Positions 1 through 14,570 of a DNA stretch of 64,000 nucleotides are shown piece after piece. A program made the translations under genes and the position numbers. Origin of the DNA: Octopus sinensis (Eukaryota); the NCBI RefSeq assembly GCF_006345805.1, contig NC_043000.1:84816001-84880000 (forward strand). The letters run 5' to 3'. The stretch's first letter is position 1. The number at the start of each line of letters is the position of its first letter. The notes under the pieces were generated by a model. It was not told where the DNA came from. It did not search any database and worked only from the letters and a program-made list of their open reading frames with translations.

Positions 1-21
1 TCACAATATACTTTTCTAGGC

Positions 22-105
22 CTGTACTTAATTTATCAAGCCCCAAGGGACGAAAGGCAAAGTCAACCTCGGCAGAATTTGAACTCAGAACGTAAAGACA
101 GACGG
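22..105 (-). mobile_element. tRNA-derived SINE family A, partial copy
   Basis: Reverse complement of the family-A body (aaaggcaaagtcaacctcggcagaatttgaactcagaacgt), which recurs many times in the window. Confidence 0.85.
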
Positions 106-235
106 TCGTAATATACAATTATTTCTCATGGCACCAGTACACAGTTTATAGATGCTTACATTTTCAATGCTTTCCATGAATTTTTACGTGAGTTCAGCTA
201 GTTATTATTATTACTTTAAGTGTCAGAAAAAAGAA

Positions 236-406
<171 letters not shown>

Positions 407-1311
407 CTGAGAAGGAAGGGAAGAAAAAGATTAACGTAAAAGAAATTAAGTGAAGGTAGAAAAAAAGAGAGATGGCGAGAATAGAGAGAAGTCGTGTGTG
501 TGTGTTAATTCCTATAGCTGTCTGTACCTTTGTGACCTCATTTGAATATTTCTTCACGAAATCTTTCCTTCCTCTTGTCATAAAGTTGTTTCACCTGAGC
601 ACGTCAACGTCAGTATATGACTACATATGATGTAGGAGCAATGTACATTTGACAAAAATCAGTGATGTGAAGAAATATATATGAAGTAAGAAAATGGGTC
701 TCCGTTGGTTTCGAGGAAGCGTATTCAGCTGTTTGCTCAACTGAACTAACTTCTCATTCAGTTAACACATAAGTGATTGGGTATTTCACAGACATGTACA
801 GCATTAACATAATGCTAAACTAACATGAGCGTGTCTCCTTGGCATAGCTGGAAATACCGGTATAATCCGTCTGGCGAGCTTCGAAACTGCTTTCGTCCAC
901 TCATTTGACTACAAGGTATGAAGAGATGGCAAGATTCTAGTAAATTATACCTGCACAAGATGCCATACAGTGGAATAGAACTCAAGTCCTATTGATTTCA
1001 AAGCGAACCTCTTAGCCATTCGACCATAGCGTACTCATGCATAAATACACAAATACATGCATAAACACACTCACCCAAACTCATGCTCACACCCAGAATG
1101 GGAAATCTACTAGTTCCCTCCTTGCTAAAATGTTTTAGTAAGGAGTTAAGTAAGGGGAAAACCGTATGAAACAGTGTAAAAGAGCCGCTATGGTATGACC
1201 AGGATTTAGTATGTTGTTCAGTTGTTATCAGAGAATTAACTGAAATCAAGTATTCTTTTGGATCAACAAATAATAACCTTTGACAGCATTTCTGAACCTA
1301 AGGTCTGTCAA

Positions 1312-1480
1312 TCAGGGCTGTCTTAAAACATGTGCACACTGAGCAGTTGCCCAGAGGCCTCACAGGTCTAAGAAGCCCAATTCTAATTCATGTATAATGT
1401 TGCTTGATATCAATAAAAAATAATCTAGAACCCACTGAACTGATTTGCCCGAGAGCCTATAAAACTGATAAGACGGATAG
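1312..1480. mobile_element. possible degenerate MITE (Harbinger-like ends)
   Basis: cagggctgtcttaa at the left end and a weak inverted match taagacgg at the right end; heavily decayed. Confidence 0.3.
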
Positions 1481-1789
1481 TGCTGCCCAGTGGATTCAAA
1501 TAGGTAGCACTAGGAGTCCAAGGATTGTGTTCAAAATTTCAAAAGGCAGTACTGTAAAATGTTGAGTCACTTAGAAATGTACACTTAAGATGAACTGCGA
1601 AGACAATTTTATTGTTAGTTAATAAAATTAAATATTGAGTAGAGAGATCAAACGTCCGCGAGAACGCCTACATGTACTGTCAGAAAATATATTTGGAGGA
1701 TCACGGTGAGAACACCTTTGGTTATAGGGCTTCTCAATCAAGGTTTTCAAAAAAATAAATCAGGTAATATAACTTTGTGGAAGACGGGC

Positions 1790-3640
1790 GCGAAAGTGTC
1801 CTTAACGGCCGAGCGTTTGATACTGAACGATTATAAGACGTGACCATTTAACTTGAAAACCGAATAGATGTCACGGTACATTTTAGTGATTCAGCCACTA
1901 AAGGTGGGACCAAGTCCGACTGCTCTTAGGCCAGCTGCCATATAACGATGATCGACCTGTCGAAAGCTTTAGACTTATCCAAATTGACCAGCATTTAACC
2001 AAAGCTAAATCAATACCAGACCCATTCTACGATGAATTTATTGCGTAAATCTAAGTTTGTTGTTGATTATCTGCCGGGATGGCACAAATTTGTGCGTCCT
2101 CCACTACACCACCGGCGGCTAGAGCCAGCCTTTTGGCTTGCACTTTTGCCATATTCTTTAACACTGTGTTCTGAAGAGTTATGACCCTGAAGTTTTCTGT
2201 CACTCATTCATTGTTTGAGTCCTCCTTCGACAGCATCAGTATTCCCTGGATAACGCGACTGGAAAAGCTCTCATTATGTTGACAGCTGCATTCGACGGCA
2301 GCCAAGATGAGCGTACACATAAGCATGTAAAAATAGAACTCGGAGAGAAAACCAATCTAAATTCGGTATTTTGTAGTTCAGTATGTCCGCCACTCTATCT
2401 GCTTGCAGCACTCTGACTCACTGCTCGAAAGCCGCGCCCAATTGTCGAGGTAGACATCAATGATTATCGTTTTCAACATACTGCTCATTCAGAAGAGTCC
2501 AGTAAACTTCTGGTGGAAAACCCACTCACATGTTTGGCATCGAAGGGGATTATTCCCCAAATTGGCCTAATCCTGCCAATACTGCTACGCTGCACCTACT
2601 TTACCTTAGTCTATCGAACGGTTTTCATGTCCTCGTGTTTCAGCGCATGCGCCTTAACACGATCATCTTATCATCTATGTTTCGTATAGAAGAAATGGTC
2701 GGTTGATATTCTCACCGCTTGCATGTTCTTTGTGATGTCCCTTCTACGAGCTTCTAAATAGCTAAATTGTTCTGCTATTCTCTACAGCTATCGCTTTACT
2801 AAACGTAACCAATGCTATTCTAATGCTTCTCTTTTGCATGACCAAACATCTGTTCTTGTAATGGCACCCGTCAATTCCTGCTTGATTAATCCGCTGATTT
2901 GGTCTCTGAAATCTTTCCGAACCGAAAAGAATGCGTTCAGCTTTCAGTAACCGAGTCTCTGTCTATTGGTTTCTTCTAAGTTGACCGTACTGGTCACGAG
3001 TTTGTGGTCCATGTTACCGACTATTTGAAATTGTGGACTGACCGTATAGGCCGCGAGTTAGTGGTCTACATTACCAATTGTCCGAAACTGGACAATTTAT
3101 ACTAACCCTACTTGCTATTCTAACGAAAATTCTGTCTAAATAACATCTAGATAACCCACTTTGATAAGTCCCCATTGAGGCATTCTGGAAATCAAAGCAA
3201 AATTTTTCAGATAGCTGTAAGTGCCTGAGGTTTTTTAGCCTCTTCTCCATTTGACAACTCCCACACAATACCTGCGTGTATCCAAAATACCATTGCAATC
3301 GTCCACTAATGTTTCTAAGAATGTGTCTAGACTGCTAAAGTAATCTGGCCTCCCTGCTCCAGTCAGAGTGTAAACGGCCACTAATCATATGGCTCCACCG
3401 TCGCCCTTAGTGCTGCTCACGTCCATGAGCGCAGATCTACCGACCAGGTCTAAAGTAGCAATATTTATCTTTAAGCCCAAGTCTTTCTTAAAAAGTATTG
3501 CTACACCACTCGTTTCCGAAGGATCGAGCGATTTCATCTTGTCGTGTGCAAATGATGTAATATCCACTATCGTGATGAAGTTATGCATTCATAGTTGGTG
3601 TTGTCGTTTAGTATACAAGCGACTATATTTTCTAGTGGGT
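1790..3640 (-). pseudogene. decayed Tx1/L1-clade LINE ORF2 (APE endonuclease to partial RT)
   Basis: Minus-strand motifs in the expected order: GVAILFKK..D.VGR..GAI*LVAVY (~3340-3500), YLDRIFVR and DHKLV (~2990-3150), KLNA..DFRDQISGLIK (~2880-2960), RT LVNLDKSKAFDR (1944-1992) and a frameshifted SFSIKRS.RQG-like motif (~1790-1850). Many stops and frameshifts. Confidence 0.85.
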
Positions 3641-4206
3641 CCTTTCCCGATTTCTAATTCAAGGTGATATGGGGATATATGAAGCAAGTTTAACTATAAC
3701 TAGCAGTTCGAACGAATGCACAAGAGTTCTACCTTCGTGGGCGCAAAGAAAAATTGTGTGTTGCTGTGAAGTCCCAGAGTTGCCTTGATCGAAAAAAAAA
3801 CTGTTATGAAAGGTGCTCCAGTCGTGACAATCACACCGTTTTTTATATCTCGATATATATATTTTTCAATATAGACTTTAAGACGTCAGAGTGTGCTTTG
3901 CGAGATATTTAGCTGTTTTAATTCATTTGGTCGTCGAGCAAACTTGCCTGTCAATCAACGGTTCTCTCGCTCCTTCTCTCTCCTGCTTTCTTTCTCACTC
4001 TGTCTGTCTGTTTCTCTCTCTTCACTCACTCACTCTCTCACATACAGACACCCTTTGTCTTACACATTCTACTTCATATAATTATTCAACAGACAAGAAT
4101 TGACGCTTCTATTACTTAGGGAGGGGGATAAAGGAGGTTGTACGGTTACCTGCAGACATATCGCCGCATTAAAACCGTTATAATAAAATTGTTGATGTTG
4201 TTGTTG

Positions 4207-4263
<57 letters not shown>

Positions 4264-4268
4264 TATTG

Positions 4269-4660
4269 AGGTGGCGAGCTGGCAGAATCGTTAGCACGCC
4301 GGGCGAAATGCTTAGTGACATTTCGTCTACCGCTACGTTCTAAGTTCAAATTCCGCCGATGTCGACTTAGCCTTTCATCTTTTCGAGGTCGATTAAATAA
4401 GTACCAGTTACGCACTGAGGCCGATATAATCGACTTAATCCGTTTGTTTGTCCTTGTTTGTCCTCTCTGTGTTTGGCCCCTTGTGGGTAGTAAAGAAATA
4501 GGTATTTCGTCTGCCGCTACGTCCTCAGTTCAAATTCCGCCGAGGTCGACTTTGCCTTTCATCCTTTCGAGGTCGATAAAATAAGTACCAGTTGAGCATT
4601 GGGGTCGATGCAATCGAATATACCCCTCCCCAAAAATTTGAAACCTTGAGCGTATAGTAG
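4269..4660 (+). mobile_element. two adjacent SINE family A copies
   Basis: Head ggcgagctggcagaatcgttagc with a B-box-like gttcaaattcc; the first copy has the tail tttgtcctctctgtgtttggccccttgtgggtagtaaagaaa; preceded by (ATT)n. Confidence 0.88.
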
Positions 4661-4749
4661 AAATTATTATCATTATTATTAGTGTTTGTTATTTATATTT
4701 ACATTTTCGTTTTATATCGAGAACTAGATATTCATATATAAATACATAT

Positions 4750-4873
4750 ATTTCTTATGTACATATATGTATGTGTGTTGCTGTTTTTGTACACATGTGC
4801 TTGTAAATACGTAAATGCATGTATGTGAGCATAGACATGTGTAGGAATTTCTGAGAGTGCGTATTTGCATGTA

Positions 4874-4934
<61 letters not shown>

Positions 4935-5320
4935 ATTTTTGTGTGAAATAATTAAAAGCTGGGAGTGTTGCCTGAGTAGCATCAACAGTTTTATATCATC
5001 AACTGTTTAACGGAATGGAATTTTTACTGATAGTAATCATTATATTAATATTTGGGTTTTGAATTCTTTGCTGAAATAGAAAAGACTCTATCGCTTCATC
5101 ATTGTCTTTTGTTGTTGTGCTGTGATGAATGTGTGTGTGTGTATGTGTGTGTGTGTGTGTGTGTATTTGTGTGTGTGTGTGCGTCCGTGCTTGCGTGCGT
5201 GTGTGTGAATGTGTTATATGCATCTACGCACAATCCTGAACGTTCACATACGGATATGTACATACGAATATGTGTTTCGGTGTACGTGCATATATGTGTA
5301 TATACATATAGGTATATAGG

Positions 5321-5359
<39 letters not shown>

Positions 5360-5380
5360 GTAAATATATACATATATATA

Positions 5381-5425
<45 letters not shown>

Positions 5426-5560
5426 ATTTCATGTATGAATATATATATACATATCTATGTATCTAGAAACATACATATATGTATGTATATGAATATATAG
5501 TGAAAGAGAGAGTGAGAGAGAGATTGCATCTATGTATGTGCATGTGAGCGTGTGTGTGTG
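4750..5560. repeat. (GT)n/(TA)n/(GTAT)n microsatellite field
   Basis: Read directly. Confidence 0.95.
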
Positions 5561-5789
5561 TAAATTTAGAACTTTAGATTCATTTTTTCCCGTTGGCAGA
5601 TCGTCAATCTGGCTCTGTTTTCAAATCCAAGAAAACAGACACTGAATATCTCAGTAATTGAAATCTCGAACACTTAATAACTGAATTGAACAGCTAAAAA
5701 CTCATCCACCAGGCTCCCTCCAAGTGGTTGGCCCTTAACTATTCTGGCTACCATTTTATATATAATCACTTGTTTTCCAGTTTGTTGCA

Positions 5790-6068
5790 TTAGGTCATAT
5801 TATCATCATTATCATTACCATCATCATCATCATCAGCAGCAGCAGCACCATCTTTATCTTCCCATCATCGCCATTATCATCATCTTCATCATCATCATTA
5901 ACATCATTATCATCATCATCACGACCATCGCTACCAGCACCACCACCATACCACCATCATCATCATCATCAACATCATTATCATCATCATCACGACCACC
6001 ATAGTTATCATCACCGCCGCCTCCACCCTCATCATCATCATCACCTCCATCGTCATCATCATCATTAT
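5790..6068. repeat. degenerate (CAT/CAC)n trinucleotide tract
   Basis: Read directly. Confidence 0.92.
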
Positions 6069-6159
6069 AACTTATGCCCTAGGATTATCGCCACTCAGTA
6101 AGTACACAACCTGTTTCCAGTCCTGTGTTTTGAAGGTTTTTATTAGTTCAACCAATATA

Positions 6160-7980
6160 GGTGGCCTTCACTAAAATAGAATGACGGTAGCCTCTGTTAT
6201 GGTGGCTGTGAATAATGTGGTACTATCAACATAATCTATGTCTGTTATTGTTGTGTTTGGATGATAACGGGAGGAGGAGCTTGTAGAATAGAGTTCTTTT
6301 ATTTTGTCACCTGACGTGCGATAGAAAGACATAAGCTTTGCTTGCTTGCTTGATTGATTGATTGATTGTTTGCGTGATGTTCTTCCTCCATGAATCTGGG
6401 GTCGTACCAGGTTAGTGGTCCCAGAAACTTCATTATGTGTAGTGCGAACCAGATCCACCTATCGTTTCCATTGCTGGCAATCTCGTGCCAGCCCCTCTCC
6501 ATCCTCCAAACTGACGTCGAACCTCTGAAGATGTTCCCCAGTCATGTCCAGCTATCTGATGCGGGAACTACCAGGAGGCCTCTTGTAGCCTCATTCTCGA
6601 CAAAGTTAAGGCTGATGATAAATGGAAATGATGCAAATATATTGCCTTGCAAAACACCGATAATAATGTTGAAGAAATCAGCGTCTCTATGAGTTTTTGT
6701 AGAACATCATGATTGCTTCTACTTCTTGAAATACGTCGTATGTAAGAAGAATTTACTCCATTTTGCCTCATTGGACATTATGAAGTCTTCTAAACAACCT
6801 ATAAACACTAAAAACTTTATGTAAGCGTTCAACCCAGACTCTCTCAATGATTTTTCTCGCATTTAAAATTTATTCAACCGTAGACTGATTTTTCCCTGGT
6901 TTTATAGTATTCGGCAACAATTCAATAATTTGCTTTAGACTTTTGTGCTTCTATCACCGGTAATGGAATCAGTCAGTAATTTTTAGTCATGTCTAAATAA
7001 CCTTTCTTGTGAAATGTCAGAATACAACCTCCAGTTCACTTCACAATTCTATTCTTATTCTGAACCACAGTACAAAATTATAGGAGGCTATCGCTCAATG
7101 GTTTTGTCTTCGAAACCTCTAGTACTATATCAAGTTCACCAACCTGTTTTTGGTTCTTTTCAGTCCTTCAGATAGTTCATCTAATGTGAAATCATCAAGC
7201 TTGATGTCGAGCTTCTGCTTAGTATTAACTTCATTGGATCTATTTGAAACTTCTGGGATAATACACACAGGTTCTGGAAATGTTCCTTCCACTTGTTTAG
7301 TCATTCATGCGACGTGTGGCTTTTACTTTCAACTTAATCATACATTTCCTGCTACTAATTGCATTGACCAATAAACATGTCAGGAAGGACTGTACGTTGC
7401 TGCTATATTCACAATCAAACCTATTTTGTTTTCACAATATTTCCGTTCGATTTCATAAGTGCTGGTTAAATCTTTAAAATTGAACGACACTCTTCAATTA
7501 ATTGCGTTTTTCGGTAAATACTTTAGACTCCGAAGGGATTCGACGTTTAATTTTAGTCAAACGGATGTTTTTTTTATGGGAAGACATTCTCCAGAGAAAT
7601 TATTAAAATGTCATATATTCCACTTAGGAAGCTGTTTTCAGTTCCTGCTTGCTATGCCTTGAAACGTGTTTGATCGAGATTTCCTGCTTATTAGTGTGTA
7701 AATTCAACTAAATTCTAATAGATATTAAATACTAATTAGGATCAACTCTTTCCATACAACCCTGTAGTTCGTAGTTTATCACACATATCGTTTTTCAATT
7801 CATTTTATTATGAACAAGTAATCAAGCTGGAACTTGCCACTCTTGAAATAGGTACGTGATCATAGACTGGACTCTTCTTTTGAAATTTAGCTTTTAGACA
7901 TAGAAGGTTATCTTTGGTAATGGAATCTAACATGTGTTGGCTATTTCAATGGTAGAAGGTAAATTTGCGGTTATTATTTT
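6160..7980 (-). pseudogene. decayed RTE-clade LINE ORF (end of endonuclease, linker, RT to the YADD region)
   Basis: Minus-strand motifs: FQLDYLF (~7820), NKWKEHFQNL (~7280), QKLDIKLDDFTLDEL (~7190), HKKGYLDMTKNY (~7000), EAIMMFYKN, DFFNIIIGVLQGNIFASFPFII (~6620-6690) and TITDIDYVDS as a degenerate YADD (~6220). Confidence 0.85.
6338..6598 (-). mobile_element. 3' fragment of another retroelement nested in the RTE RT region, with a (CAAT)n/(CAAG)n tail
   Basis: Interrupts the RT between ...IISLNFV and ...RTSGDKIKE; tail repeat at 6337-6370; similar flanks gacataagc and gacaaagt. Confidence 0.6.
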
Positions 7981-8029
7981 GTCGAGTAATATATATATAT
8001 AAAATTGTTACCAGTTCAAATCCATATGA

Positions 8030-8070
<41 letters not shown>

Positions 8071-8834
8071 TGCGTGTGTGTATCTAAATATATATGTAAA
8101 TATATATACACATAAATACATATACATGAGGGTGGTTGTAGGTGTGGGTGGGTGTGGGTGTGGGTGTGTATGTATGTATATAGTGTTATAGTATACATAA
8201 TATACTATAGTATCAGGAGACAGATTTTCTATATACTAGGGATTTGTAAATGTTTTTTGTGTCAGTAGCTTCTTTTCATAATATCTAGCATTACCAAAAA
8301 GACTGGATCACATGATATCACAAAAAATAACGTTACAGATCGTTTCAAAGAGTTAGCATTAGATCTAGCATATCTGTAAAACTGCCTTCTCCAGAATGTG
8401 CCATTATATAGAGCCCCAGGGACATTAGCTACACAAAATGTTACAAACATTATTACATTTTCTTATGGTAATTCGATGGTTAAATGTCTATAAAATAGTG
8501 TTTATCTGTCTACAATGATTTGTTTTGTATAGAAGCTCATGTTAGAGGCAATGAGCCGCTGAACTCGGCAGCTATGATATACAAGAGTAGCTGTTGGAAC
8601 TGCTTGCAATTCAGGCCACGATCTAGTCTTTAAGGCTTAAAATATGTCGTACATGTTCAGTTAATTCGTTTAATTGCTGAGAATTCGCTGCTATATTGAA
8701 CGTGTCGAGCAACTATCCAATACTTTCTAACACATTTGAAAATACTTCTAGGTATCAATAGAAAGATTGCCGCAACGACAAAAAAGTTGACAAGATGCCG
8801 AAACATCAACGTGGTTTTAATATTTGGTTAGAGT

Positions 8835-9500
8835 AAGGTGACGAGGTGACAGATTGGTTAGCAGGTCGGGCAAAATGCTTAGTGCCATTTAGTCCGTTTG
8901 AGTTCTGTCTTCAAATTCCATTCACCTTTGCCTTTCGAGATCGATAAAATAAATACCAGTTGAGTACTGTGGCCGATATAATCGCCTTACACCCTCCCCT
9001 GAAATTGTCGGCCTTGTGCCAAAGTTTGAAACTGATATTTCATTAGAGTAAGGCAGCGAGCTGACAGAGTCGTTAGCACGCCGGGCAAAATGCTTAGTGG
9101 AATTTCTTCTGCCAACACTTTTTGAGTTCAAATTCCGTGAAGGTCGACTTTGGCTTTCACCTTCTTGGGGCCGGTGAAATAAGTACCAGTTGAGCACTAG
9201 TGTCGATGTAATCATTATATACCCTCCCCTAAAATTGCTAGCTTTGTGCCTAAATTTGAAACCAAAATTTGATTAGAGTAACGCGGCGGGCTAGCAGAGT
9301 CGTTAGCACGCCGGACAAAATGCTCAGTGGCATTTCGTCCGACTATATATTCCAAGTTCAAATTTCGCCGAGGTTGATTTGATTTTGCTTTTCATCCTTT
9401 CTGCGTCGATAAAATAAGGACCAATTATGTATTGGGGGTCGCCTTAATCCTCCCATGAAATTACTGGCCCTGAGCCAAAATTGGAAACCAATATTTCGTT
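8835..9500 (+). mobile_element. tandem array of three SINE family A units
   Basis: Three units of ~220-235 bp, each preceded by a spacer containing ttagagtaa. Confidence 0.85.
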
Positions 9501-10054
9501 AGAGTTATTTCACTTCACTTTCAGCACACTACTTCTCTTTAACCTCTTCCGGTATATAGAACGTTGTATCTAGTTAATTGGAAACAAATATTTTATGTGT
9601 TTATCAAGGAAATGAGAGTCAGACAAATGAACACGTTTCAAAAACGTGATGTTTCGTTTATAGATAAGTTAACGGTGATGGAAATACGGCATCTAAAAAG
9701 TGAAAAGATGCAAAAGCATTTAAGCAAATGAAAACTAGCATCAAATGTAGGTGATAGTGTGTGTCACAGTTAAGTCAAAAGGGTTGAAGGGCGCTCATTT
9801 GCTTCAGATTGTTCGCGGAAGAGTATTTATTCTTTTATATTCGTACTGAGTGTATTTATACTCTCACTGACGATTTAGTTCCCTTAACGCTGAGGATGAA
9901 ATCGTCAACGAAAAGGCTTTAACAAAGAAAATCAACAGATGAGATGAGACTAAATACTGTAAGCTATTTTGTTCGGCGCTCACTTACATCTTCCAACTCG
10001 GAGAATTATTACTTTCCATACTAACCAGCGTAGTTGTAACAGGGAAATTGGTTC

Positions 10055-10056
<2 letters not shown>

Positions 10057-10109
<53 letters not shown>

Positions 10110-10218
10110 CACAACTACAACGACGACTATGGCTACTGCTTTTGCTAGTGCCGCTATTACATAGCCTGTTAAAGAAACTACAACTACTAACAGTGGTTAG
10201 CAGCAGCAGCAATGACAT

Positions 10219-10259
<41 letters not shown>

Positions 10260-10300
10260 TAGTAGTAGTGGTGGTGGTGGTGGTGGTGGTGTTAACAACA
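10057..10300. repeat. (CTA)n/(CAC)n and (TAG)n/(GTG)n tracts
   Basis: Read directly. Confidence 0.95.
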
Positions 10301-11139
10301 GTTGAGGCAACCGCAAGAGCAAAAGAAAAGCATTTGTCCACAATTTCAATGTTTGGTTGTGTGTGTTTGTGTGTGTAACTATATATGTACATTATATACA
10401 TACACACACACATATATATATATAAATACATATATATATATATATACACACACACAAACACATACACACAAACATACATGCATACATATCAAAATAAAAA
10501 CAAAAGTAAGAAATGATACGCGTTAGATTTTTTTAAATAAATTTCCAACAAATTTTCGTTTAATTTGTATTCTTAAATTGTACGAATAAGAGGCGAAGGA
10601 GGAGATCTGTCAGGGACGCTGTAGTGCGAAACGGTATGAAGCAAGCATTGTATGAGTAACACTTCATGTCACGTTATCAAACATCATATCCACAAAACCT
10701 TAAAGTCATACACTCGCATACATAAACATATATATATATGCACGTACACACACACACATATATATATATACTTGCATTATACACATAGATACAGGTACAT
10801 ACATATCAACGTGCATGCATATACATTTGAAGTAACAACAAACAGCGAAACCTAAGAACATAACGAACTAAGATTTATACAAAAATATGCATAAGACAAG
10901 AGGCCATTAAGTTGTTATTTTATGCCTATTTCACTTCATTATGAAAACCCAGGAAACTTCCAGCTAAGACTTCACGATCACTTTAACCTTTATCGCTGAT
11001 TGATATTTTTCGATAAAATAGATGAATAAATATCTAAAATAAGATAAAATGAAGAAAGCAGAAGATGATAAAGGTATCGATATTTGAATTTAAAAGACTC
11101 AAAGGTGATATTTAAAAAGAAAAATCGAAACAATAGAAA

Positions 11140-11219
11140 ATAAATGTGTGTGTGTATGAGTGTGTGTATATGTATGTATACACATATACATATATATATA
11201 TATGTGTGTATATATGTAT

Positions 11220-11250
<31 letters not shown>

Positions 11251-11306
11251 ATATATATATATATGTGTGTGTGTGTGTATGTGTGTATATATATATACAC
11301 ACACAC

Positions 11307-11348
<42 letters not shown>

Positions 11349-11960
11349 TATATATATAATATATAATATATATATATATATACACACACACATATATATA
11401 ATATATAATATATATATATATACACACACACATATATAATAGAAATATATAATATATATATATATATACACACACACACATATATATAATATATATATAT
11501 AATATATAATAATATATATATTATATATATAATAATATATATATATATACATAAAGAAATATAACTATTAGAATAAAAGTACAGATATAATATAATTCAA
11601 AAATGGAATAAAACATGCAAAAACATTAAAAAATGGTTATATTGCAAATAGAATCCTACAGAATGACACGACACAGTTCCATGAATACTTCTGTTGCGCG
11701 GGAATGGAATCCATGACAATAAAGAAAAATGCTTCTCAACTGTCTCAAGATGTTATCGCTGTTGGATGGTGGGTTTTATTTATTCGTGAAGAAACGTAAG
11801 GATACGAGAGAAACAATGAGCGAAGTAGATAGTGACAGAGATTGAGAGAGGGAAAAAGAGAGAGAGACAAAGAGAGAGATGCAAAGAGAATGAGAAGCCG
11901 AGAAAGAGAGAAAGTGACTGAGAGAAAGAACATGATCGTGCAAAGTGTGTGCGTGTGTGT

Positions 11961-12032
<72 letters not shown>

Positions 12033-12091
12033 CATTATTATTATCATTTTAAATACATATCACTATATATATAATATATATATATATAATA

Positions 12092-12129
<38 letters not shown>

Positions 12130-12168
12130 TATTCTTTGTATATACACACATATAAGCATATATGTATA

Positions 12169-12259
<91 letters not shown>

Positions 12260-12401
12260 TATATATATATATATGCATATATATAATTCGCATTATAGTA
12301 CCACATCCTATCTCATGAAAAGAATGAAAGTGAACGGGGAAGAAAAAGATAACTATAGTAGAGAGTCAATAGAGACGAATTATATACGTATTCATACATC
12401 C

Positions 12402-12472
<71 letters not shown>

Positions 12473-12511
12473 ATATATATGTATATATATGTATATATAT
12501 GTATATATATA

Positions 12512-12547
<36 letters not shown>

Positions 12548-12970
12548 CATATATACGTATATCACTGGCCGTGCCTCAGCATGGTCACAGCCACAAGGCT
12601 GAAACATATAAAAGAATATATATGTTTATACATATATATGTGTGTGCGTGCGTATGTATGTATGTGTGTGTAGGAATGTTTGCGTATGCATTCATAAATT
12701 TGAGGTTTTACTTGTACCTATATATATATATATCTTATTCTTTGTATATACACACATATAAGCATATATGTATATATATGTATATATATTATGCATTGCA
12801 TTTATACATATACATATTTGTACATGTATATATTTATATATATACTTGTATGTATGTATATATATATATATATACGTACGTACATACATACATAAATATG
12901 TATGTGTGTGTGCGTGTATGTGTGTATTAGTATATGTATATATTTATGTATATGTATCTATCCATCTCTT

Positions 12971-13048
<78 letters not shown>

Positions 13049-13170
13049 TCTTCATTGTATACACCATAGATATAAGCATACATACATACAAACATATGTA
13101 TGTATGTATCTATGTATCTATGTATGTATGTATGTATGTATGTATGTATGTATACATGCATGTATATGAA
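11140..13170. repeat. large (TA)n/(CA)n/(ATT)n/(GTAT)n microsatellite field
   Basis: Read directly; source of the YI-repeat ORFs. Confidence 0.95.
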
Positions 13171-13639
13171 ATAGGAAGTGAGACAGGTTGAGAAAAAAAA
13201 AAAAGAAACAGTGCAAAATTGAAAGAGCAGCGAAAGTTTATTGTCGAAAAAGAATTGTGAAGGAAGGTAGTAGATTAAGAGAAAGATAATCTGAAGAAGT
13301 CTTAGAAGACGATGACAAAGGATGTGACGACTGAGATAGGGAGCGAGAGAGAGAAAGAGAGAGTGTGAGAGAAGGAGAAGGAAAAAGTGGGATGGTGAAG
13401 GTGTGAGAGTTTCAATGAAAGAAACAAACAAAACAGGAATGATAATGAGGACAGTACAAATAGTGGGATTTCAGGAAACAGAAAACGCAATATAGAATAC
13501 AAGGGATAAAGAATGTATGAAAGCATTCAAGACAGAAAGATCTGCATGTAGATATATATAGAGATATATACATAGATGGTTGTCTCTCGTAGTCTGAGAA
13601 AGACGGATCAGCAAATTTTTGCTGTACAGCCTGCACAAA

Positions 13640-13865
13640 TTTGTTAATAGTAGGGAAATGCATATGCTGTACATTATCTTATCCCCTCGTTCTATCAAAT
13701 TTATTGCCTGAATAATTTGCACGCGGTCTACCACACATCAGGTATCGAAGTGATCACAGAGAAGCGTGGGATGAAGTGTTTTGCTCAAGAACGCAACGCA
13801 CCTCCAGTAATTGAAACCATGTTCTGCCAATCGTGAGTGCCTAACCACTAGACCATGCAGCCTCA
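13640..13865 (-). mobile_element. SINE family C copy
   Basis: gatgaagtgttttgctcaagaacgcaacgc, shared with 19910-20140 and, as the reverse complement, with 51845-52130. Confidence 0.7.
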
Positions 13866-13934
13866 TATAGACACACATACATACATACACACCACACATA
13901 TATGTATATCATAATAATAATAATAATGATAAAT

Positions 13935-14570
13935 GGCAAGTTTGTGTGTTTGTAAATTTGTTACTTTAACTCCTCCAAAACTATCCAGCAGACCTTGATG
14001 AAACTTGATATGTGCGGTCACTTACGCACATGGCATTTTTAAAAAAATCTATTTTTAATCAGCATCGATTTTTCAAAAATCGTAAAATTTCGGCATTTTT
14101 CGCACAAGCCATCGTGACATCAATTTGATGAAAAATGTCTCATGGCTATCAAAAGACAGCTTATTAACGGTAATCTATTTAGCATTTGTTAATTCTTCAT
14201 TCCAATGCGAATTGTTTTGATTTGCTAAAACTTATTTCAATTCGTTGTTTTAATTCTCCAGCGTTTCAGGTTTCGATTAGGTAAGACCATTTCATTTCTC
14301 AAGCAAAATTTAGGCATTTTGCGCACTAGCTGTCGTGACATCAATTTGACGAAATCTGCTCTAAAGTGTAAAATTTCGCCATTTAACGCACATACACAAA
14401 AATGACGACACGGGTTCGCAACCAAATTCTGCTCATTTTTTCGTCAAACCGGTCCAACCCATTAATATAAATTTTTAATTTTTGAAAAATGTCAAAATTT
14501 GACAAAGATGTCTGTTAATAGCCTTGAAACATTTTTCGTCAAATTTTGACATTTTTCAAAAATTAAAAGT
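13935..14570 (+). mobile_element. probable non-autonomous DNA element (Helitron-like 5' region) with internal direct and inverted repeats
   Basis: Starts gtttgtgtgtttg..actcctccaaaac..gatgaaac; direct repeat cgtgacatcaatttga at ~14115 and ~14335; ~40-bp inverted repeat at 14473-14568. Confidence 0.45.
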
